From Octopus sinensis (taxonomy: Eukaryota), in NCBI RefSeq assembly GCF_006345805.1, contig NW_021834888.1:1-53746 (forward strand): a stretch of DNA of 53,746 bases, read 5' to 3'. Positions 46,242-53,746 of the stretch are shown here, one piece after another. Within the stretch, counting starts at the first letter, position 1. Each line of letters begins with the position of its first letter. The position numbers and the translations under genes were made by a program. The notes under the pieces are model-generated. The model searched no databases. It was not told where the DNA came from and saw only the letters and a list, made by a program, of their open reading frames with translations.

Positions 46242-47235
46242 TACAGAAGGTGATATAAAAAAGTTCCCAGTCTAGTTTTGTATTTTAATAATAATAATAA
46301 TAATGAAATTATTGTATACAGTGCTCAGGTGCACCACAACTTGTCAGGAAGTGCGTATAAAGTATATGCAGTAATGTACAAATGTCTGGAAAGCGAACAA
46401 TGTATGAGTCAGATACATGCTTGCAAGTGTATAGAAGGGAGAAAATCAGGTGTCATGTTGGCGAATCTCAGAAAGCATGGAAGTTTTGAAGAATGCAGTG
46501 CTCCGACAACTAACAACTGATGCCAGCGTGAAAATATGTTTCCTAAAGTCATGGGAGCTGTGCTATTTTCTGACTTAGTAAATATGTCCATGGGTGTTAG
46601 ACGGGTGGAGTTTGAAAAGGTGCTCAGAGTTATTGTTTGTAAGATGGTTGATAATTTTATGGGTGTCTGCCAAGTCAGCTGCCAGACGTCGGAGTTTCAA
46701 TGTGTCCATGCCCAGGGAAGTAAGGCATTCAGAAGAGATTGCAGCGCATGGTTGCAATCAAGGGTTCTACTGCGACATTTTGATTTCGAAGCATTTGAAG
46801 GACATTTGGCAAAAGTGATGGATCTGTGGGACATGAAGAATTGAATTCTTCACAATGACAATGCACCTTATCACCAAGCTCTCCTCACTTGTGAGTTTCT
46901 TGCCAAAAATAACATGGTACCATTTCTGTACCCGCCCTATTTACCAGATTTAGCACCTGCAGGCTTCTATCTCTTCTCCAAAATGAGAATGCAGTTCAAA
47001 GTACATGGTTTTAACACCGTAGTCGAGATCCGTAGTGAATCACATAAAGTCCTCAACCTGCTTACAGAAAACGGCTTCCAGGCCAGATTCCAAAAATAAA
47101 AATGGTAGGAATGCTGGGACAGGTGTATCACTGTGCAAGGGGACTATTTCGAAGGAGATGAAGTTAAAACTTAGGTTTAATTAGTTATCTTTTATTAAAC
47201 ATAACTAGTCTGGGAATGTTTTGTAACCACCTCGT
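46242..47235 (+). pseudogene. internally deleted mariner transposon interrupted by a CR1 fragment
   Basis: TIRs TACAGAAGGTGATATAAAAAAGTTCCCAGTCTAG / CTAGTCTGGGAATGTTTTGTAACCACCTCGTA; ILHNDNAPYH, YPPYLPDLAPAGFYLF and CWDRCITVQGDYFEGD at 46840-47160. Confidence 0.85.
46287..46790 (-). mobile_element. CR1-clade LINE 3' end with (TAT)n tail
   Basis: CLTSLGMDTLKLRRLAADLADTHKIINHLTNNNSEHLFKLHPSNT.GH, a CR1/L2 ORF2 C-terminal pattern; tail at 46287-46304. Confidence 0.85.
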
Positions 47236-47351
47236 ACAGACAAAGATAGAAAATGCTTGCTTTTCAACTGGTGTTCATATGACCTTTGAGGGTTCATATG
47301 ACCCTTGGGGGTTCATATGACTCTTGGGCGGTTAGGGTTAGGGTTACAAAG

Positions 47352-47583
47352 AAGGTGGCGAGCTGGCAGAAACGTTAGCACGCCGGGCGAAATGCTTAGC
47401 GGTATTTCGTCTGCGTTACGTTGTGAGTTCAAATTCCACCGAGGTCGACTTTGCCTTTCATCCTTTCGGGGTCGATAAATTAAGTACCAGTTACGCACTG
47501 GGGTCGATGTAATCGACTTAATACCTATGTCTGTCCTTGTTTGTCCCCTCTGTGTTTAGCCCCTTGTGGGTAATAAAGAAATA
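47352..47583 (+). mobile_element. SINE family B, full length, followed by a SINE-A tail at 47585-47680
   Basis: Near-identical to 19981-20214. Confidence 0.9.
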
Positions 47584-48049
47584 GGTTACAAAGAATAAGT
47601 CCTGGGGTCAATTTGCTCGACTAAAGGTGGTGTTCCAGCATGGCCACAGTCACATGACTGAAACAAGTAAAAGAGTAAAAAAGGTATTTTAGTGACGGAG
47701 CTTTGTATCTTTGTTAGAAACGAGCTCCTTCTACAGAGGAAGAGTGTAAGCAATTAAAAACAGAAGAGGCATACATGCAGACATATATACCTACATACAT
47801 ACATATATGCACACACAACACACGCACACACGTGCGAATGTGTGAACAATATGTCCATCAAAGGACATGGAAGTCGGTGGTACTGCCTCATCTTGGCGCC
47901 ATGATTTTTCTTTAAAAGCCAGTTTCTCCATTGTCTGCCACCGAACCTTCCTTCCCATCAAGCTCACTACATCCACCTCAGTCCATTATTATAGCCAATA
48001 TCAGGATTTTGATTTTTTGTTCATTTTCTCTTGTCCTTTTTTTCATTTC

Positions 48050-48101
<52 letters not shown>

Positions 48102-48450
48102 TTTTTTTTTTTTGTTGATATTTGGGTTTTTTAAAAAATGTTTTGTTTCGATGCAAATGACAATGCAGATGATGTTGATGGTAGTGATGATGTTGATGTT
48201 GTTAGTGGTGAGGATGACAGTGATAATGATGGTGGTGATGATGATGATGACGATGGTAATGGAGATGATGATGATGATGCTGATGATGACAAGTGCTAAT
48301 GATATGATGATGATGATGGTTATAATGCCATTAATAATGATGATGGTGTCAATGATGATGGTGATGGTGATAATGCCATTAGTAATGATGATGGGGATAA
48401 TAGTGGTGATGATGATGGTGATGACGACGACGACGATGATGATGGCCATA
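48050..48450. repeat. (TAT)n and (GAT)n triplet repeats
   Basis: Direct inspection. Confidence 0.9.
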
Positions 48451-48879
48451 ATGACGATAGTGTTGCTGGTAGGAAAAGATTCTGGTGGAATCGCAGGAAA
48501 TAATATTTCAAATTGGAAGTAATTTCAACAACACTCACCCACATCCCCCCCCTTGTCTTGTCTCAGTTTTTTTGTTTTTTGGTGGAAGGATACTTAATGT
48601 TTTTCCCATAATTCTTTGGTTTTTTTAGTTTTATTTTTCTTAACCCCCCCCTCTCCCTTTTTTTCGTTCTCCCTGCCCCCCCTCCAACCTTGTGGTTATT
48701 TGTTTATGTGGTTTTTTTTTCGTATTGTTTGTGTTTATGTTTGTGTGTTTGCCAGGAATTATTTCAAGTCATCTGCTTGTCTGGGAAAAAAAAAAACTAT
48801 AGCATTTAAAATACAGCTTCACACACACATATAAAAATGTACAACCATGTACTATATGCACATTCATAAAGCTATTCAT

Positions 48880-49740
48880 GTGTGCACAGACACACACATA
48901 CACATACATACACATGCACATACACACACTCATATACATACATATACACACACACATACACAAACACAAACAAACACACATACATCCACATAACATAATA
49001 CATGCACACACACACACACACATACAAACACACAAACTTACTTATACATAGACACACATGCACATACACACACACTCATACATACACACACATATGCACA
49101 CATATAAACACATACATCCACATAACACATGCACACACAGACTCACACACATGCACACATGCACACAGATGCAAACATACATATACACACATACACACAC
49201 ATACAGACACACAAACTTACATATACATACACATACATATACATACACATGCACACACACACAACACACACTCATATACATACACACACATACTTATAAC
49301 ACATGCACACACAGACTTACATTCACACATGTATACAGACACAACCATACATATACACACCTACAAACACACATACATACATACATACATACACACATAT
49401 GTCCACATACACATAACACATGCACATACAGGCTCACACACATGCACACACGTACACAGACACAAACATACATATACACACATTACACACACATACAAAC
49501 ACACAAACTTACATATACATACACATACATAAAAACACACACACACATTTTTGTCTTGTCTATGTCTCTGATTCTAACCACTTGTATGGATAACCTTCTC
49601 CAACACATACACACACACGTCTATACAGGTATACACATACACACATACAGGCTTGTACACATTCAGACATACATTGTATGCACTCTAATACACATGCAAA
49701 CACATACACACATACACATACACATATCCACATACACACA
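48880..49740. repeat. (CA)n-derived compound microsatellite
   Basis: Explains ORFs 49002..49532 and 49058..49783. Confidence 0.95.
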
Positions 49741-50039
49741 TATACAAGCAGGAAATAGTAAGAATGTTCTAAACAATTTTTAGCTGTCCTCTCTATCCCT
49801 CTGCCTTTCTCTCTTACCATCTCTCTCTTTCTCTCTCCACCTCTCTCTCTCACTGTATCTCTCATCCACTCTGTCTCTCACCACTCCTCAACACTGCTGC
49901 TTCCCTTAATGCTCAATCTCATTCTTACTTTCTCTTACCATACTTTTCTCTCATCTTCTCTTAACCATCATCTTAACTACTACTAATGGATTAATTCCAT
50001 GTAAATCTCATACAGTACCTTAGGATGCCATTAGGAGAA

Positions 50040-50340
50040 GTGATTAACCCTATTGGCTGCTGCTGCAGAGAAGCAGAAGCATCTCAATGGGCTAGTGATG
50101 TGATTTTAGCAGTTGAATATATTTGGAGTGATGGTTGTGTAGGTGTGTGAGTGTATTTTTGCTGTTATGTCATGCTATTGGAGACAATATTTTCTTGGTG
50201 AGCATAACTCATTTTAACATTATGTACATTAAAGACCCTATGATATTTATATTCACTTAGGAAGTGTTTCCTGGTTAGTACTAGGAAGTCTTTAGCTAAG
50301 TTTGTGGACACATCTAGGTTGAGCCAGGTTATTTTTCTCA
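50040..50340 (-). pseudogene. Penelope-like element ORF remnant (RT-to-GIY-YIG linker)
   Basis: 50338-50165 reads RKITWLNLDVSTNLAKDFLVLTRKHFLSEYKYHRVFNVHNVKMSYAHQENIV. This matches the recalled Penelope pattern RKIIWFNPP..STNIGK.FL.LI.KHF....LHKIFN.NTVKVSY; a decayed NC..PL..C follows. Confidence 0.7.
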
Positions 50341-51399
50341 TCCTAACTTTTTTACAGAAGTGAGATGGTGAGGAGTGTCCTCATCCACCAGCAGTAAGCA
50401 GTCCAATATTTGCCTGTAGCAATTCTATCAAGTAGTGAATGGTCAGTAGAAGCGAACAGCTGATTTTGGATTTGTGTACAGATTTTGGAAAACCTACATT
50501 TTTATGTCCAAGGCCCCATCCTAGTATGAGTTAGGGGGATATGTTGAGGTATTATTTTACAGTTGGATTCTTTTCCTGTTGCTAACACTCACATGTTTTT
50601 CATGTAAGGACTCCCTTATTTCACACATCTCTGAAAACACAGAGGCAGTGGGCGATTTCGTAATTGGACATTTTTTACTTTTTAAGCCTGTGAATATATG
50701 TGTGTGTATATATATATGTGTATATATGTGTCTGTATATATTTATAATACATTAAAGTGAATTTCAGTCTTGCTTGCTTGCAATGTTACACAGCCAATCT
50801 GACACTGAAAGTAAAGTGTTCCTGAAATGTGAATACAAATGGAATAAAACAAGACTTGCATAAATTTGACCAGTAGTTATTGAGATATTTGGGGTTTGAG
50901 AGTATAAATACCCGAAACGCATAATGGGAAAATACTCTGAAAATAACATAACCCTGAAAGGGAAGAAACTCTAACCTTTCCATTAGACACATTATGATGG
51001 ACAAAAAGTGAAAATGATTTTAAAGAGACAGTAAATATTTTGTAAAAGACCCGTTCGTAACCTCGGTGTTAAACAGTTTTTTTCCATAGGTTTCCTTCAA
51101 GTGCATTCAGCGTATCTCATCTCCAAAGATTTGGCTGCTATTTCTAGTATGCTCTGCTGCTACGTAACAGCCATTTGTGATAAAGGATCCGAAATACCTG
51201 TTATGTGGTAGCAGGGCGTGCAGGAAATAGCAGCCAAATCTTTCCTTTTCTGTGGAAAGGAGCCATTGATCCTTGATTTCGGTGTCACGATCATTGAAAG
51301 CATGCGAAATAACCTGGAAAAAAAACCCCACGAAACAAAACTCCATTGCTGGGAAACTCAGACTTTCCTGGTGACCCAATGGGTCACAGGTAGTCTAGT

Positions 51400-51413
51400 G
51401 TGTATATATGTGT

Positions 51414-51463
<50 letters not shown>

Positions 51464-51762
51464 AGATATATATATAATATATATATATGTTGTATTTAGG
51501 AATGGTCATTTTGCCAGTTTAGCCAATAAATATATATGTGTATAGGCATATATATACACACACACTATATGTATATGTATGCTGTATATGTGTATATATA
51601 TATATATATATTATATATATATATAAAATGTACATGCAGATGCACTCACACAGATGCAAGATGATGCATATATATTGTTTTTGTATATAATATATGTGCA
51701 TATATAATGTATATGTATATATGTATATGTATATAATGTGTATATAATGTGTATATAATATA

Positions 51763-51802
<40 letters not shown>

Positions 51803-51860
51803 ACACACACACAACATATATATATATACACACACACACAACACATTATATATAAATTCC
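51400..51860. repeat. (TA)n/(CA)n microsatellite
   Basis: Direct inspection. Confidence 0.95.
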
Positions 51861-52579
51861 ACACACATACATGTATTCACCCTCATTATTTTAGTGCCAA
51901 AACTCCTCGCGCAATCTCAGCAAGGTCACTAATACAACAGCATAAAAAGACATTGGGAATGGATTTGATCTCTTGTATATGCAATTAACTTTTCATTTTA
52001 TCAAAGATATAATAATACTATAAAAGGAAAATTGAATAACAGTCATTAAAAAAAAACAAAGAAATAAAGAACTATATGTATTTAACCTTGATAATATAGC
52101 GACTGGTGCACAGAAGGGGGTTTGGTGAGTGGTGGAGGTTTTGGGTCGGTAAAAAGCAGTGGAATTGCTCTTGTATTTATTGTGTTTTTCTCTTCTTTTG
52201 TTTTATGAATATAATAAAAAGTTGCTGCTTTGGTTTGTCGGTATACCAAACTCCAATGTGACCAGATTTGAATCAGTTCTGTTTTCCATTTCTTTGGGGT
52301 TTATACTGTATTTTCCCATATATATCTCAAAATTTTTGGACCAGAATTTACTGTCAAATAAATGTAGGTCAACCTATACTCTAAGGTAACTTCGGAGGAC
52401 TGAAAAAATTCCATATGAAATGCTGCAGGATTTGGAAAGATAGGGACAATGTTTGAATGTTTACACAACAGTTTTACACCATATGTCAGTTTGTATACTG
52501 GAAAATTCGCTTTGTATCTTTACTCACAGCATGGATATTACAAATAGTCTATTTATATCAGTAGTTCTTGTGTAGGATC

Positions 52580-52900
52580 GTCATCATCATCGTTTCATGT
52601 TTGCTTTCCATGCCAGCATGGGTTGGACGATTTGACTGAGGACTGGTGAACCAGATGGCTGCACCAGGCTCCAATCTTGATCTGGCAGAGTTTCTACAGC
52701 TGGATGCCCTTCATAACACCAACCACTCTGAGAGTGTAGTGGGTGCTTTTACGTGCCACCGGTATGGGGGCCAGTCAGGCGGTACTGGCAACGGCCACGC
52801 TCAAATGGTGTTTTTTACATGCCACCTGCACAGGAGCCAGTCCAGCGGCACTGGCAATGACCTCACTTGAATGTTTTTTTCATGTGCCACCAGTAAGGAT
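52580..52900 (-). mobile_element. SINE family C
   Basis: Near-identical to 10740-11090. Confidence 0.85.
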
Positions 52901-52934
52901 CTATAAAAGATTTTGTTGCCAAAATTTAACTGTA

Positions 52935-53250
52935 GGTGCAAGTGTGGCTCTGTGGTAAGAAGCTTGCTTCCCAGCATGGTTCCAGGTTCAATCCCACTGC
53001 ATTGCACCTTGGACAAATGGGCTGACCAAAGCCTTGTGAGTGAATTTGGTTGACGGAAACTGAAAGAAGCCTGTCATACACACACACACACGTATATATT
53101 TATGTCTTTGTGTCTGTGTTTGTCCCTTCCACCATTGCTTGATAACTGATGTTGGTGTGTTTATGTCCCTGTAACTTAGCAGTTCGGCAAAAGAGACTGA
53201 CAAAAGGAGTACTAGGCTTACAAAGAATAAGTCTTGGGGTTGATTTCTTC
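52935..53250 (+). mobile_element. SINE family A, slightly deleted
   Basis: Head, central domain and tail present. Confidence 0.8.
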
Positions 53251-53746
53251 GCCTTAAAACCCTAATATTTAATTATAAAGCTATAATAGGATTTTTAACC
53301 TTTTAGCATTCAGATCGCTCTGCCAACTGTAATGCTTATTCATTCACATTGTTTCAAATTAATCCTACATTTTCTTGCAGCTTCCAGATTTTGATGATTT
53401 GTTTATCTTCTCATATTTGCTTAGTTTTTTTTTTTTCATGACATTGCTGTCTCTGTCTCTCTGTCTCACTATAACCTTTCATCATCTGATACAAGATCCC
53501 CTCCTCCAATACCCCCTATCCTCACAAATGATTTTTGTCTTGGAAGTTACTTGGTGACCCTGTCAGAGCAGGTGCCACTTAAAATGCATCCAGTCTACAC
53601 TGTAAAGTGGTTGGTTTTTGGAAGGGCATCCAGCTGTAAAAACCTTGTCAAATCTGACCCCCTTTGTGTTTGTGCTCTGTTTACCCATTTACCCATCCAG
53701 CCACCCACCCCTATTCACCCATCCAGCCACCCACCCCTATTCACCC

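Noticed and set aside
50358-50393. 36-bp micro-exon with good branch point, acceptor and donor
   Set aside because: Lies at the edge of the antisense Penelope remnant; such signals are common by chance.
52305-52510. Tc2/pogo-like MITE
   Set aside because: The left end CTGTATTTTCCCATATA is suggestive but the right TIR is too degenerate to support a call.

Overview
AT-rich, microsatellite-saturated eukaryotic DNA with no gene that can be called confidently, i.e. a very large intron or intergenic desert. The repeat repertoire (several tRNA-headed SINE families, RTE/CR1 LINE ends, mariner, hAT, piggyBac and Helitron elements, Penelope-like remnants) resembles Octopus/coleoid cephalopod DNA; this is inferred from recalled repeat sequences, not from a search. 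Almost all ORFs in the track are microsatellite translation artefacts. The recognisable coding remnants are a Helitron PIF1 helicase split by a SINE, three mariner transposase fragments, CR1 and RTE 3' ends, and a Penelope-like ORF fragment. The main finding is a set of nine type I hammerhead ribozyme (HHR) motifs in about five sequence families, all read by eye. They are: a canonical HHR at 1327-1371(-); minimal HHRs with an extra A at 20536(+) and 32362(-); a second minimal family at 9765(-), 9969(+), 45583(-) and 45773(-), the last two in a 190-bp tandem that looks like a retrozyme; and an HHR with a full stem I and III inside a fold-back at 44515(+). In addition to these eight, two diverged copies of a long-stem-II HHR at 32581(+) and 36322(+) bring the strict count to ten; they differ by three compensatory base-pair changes and lie in what looks like an old ~3.3-3.7 kb local duplication. 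None has been tested for cleavage.
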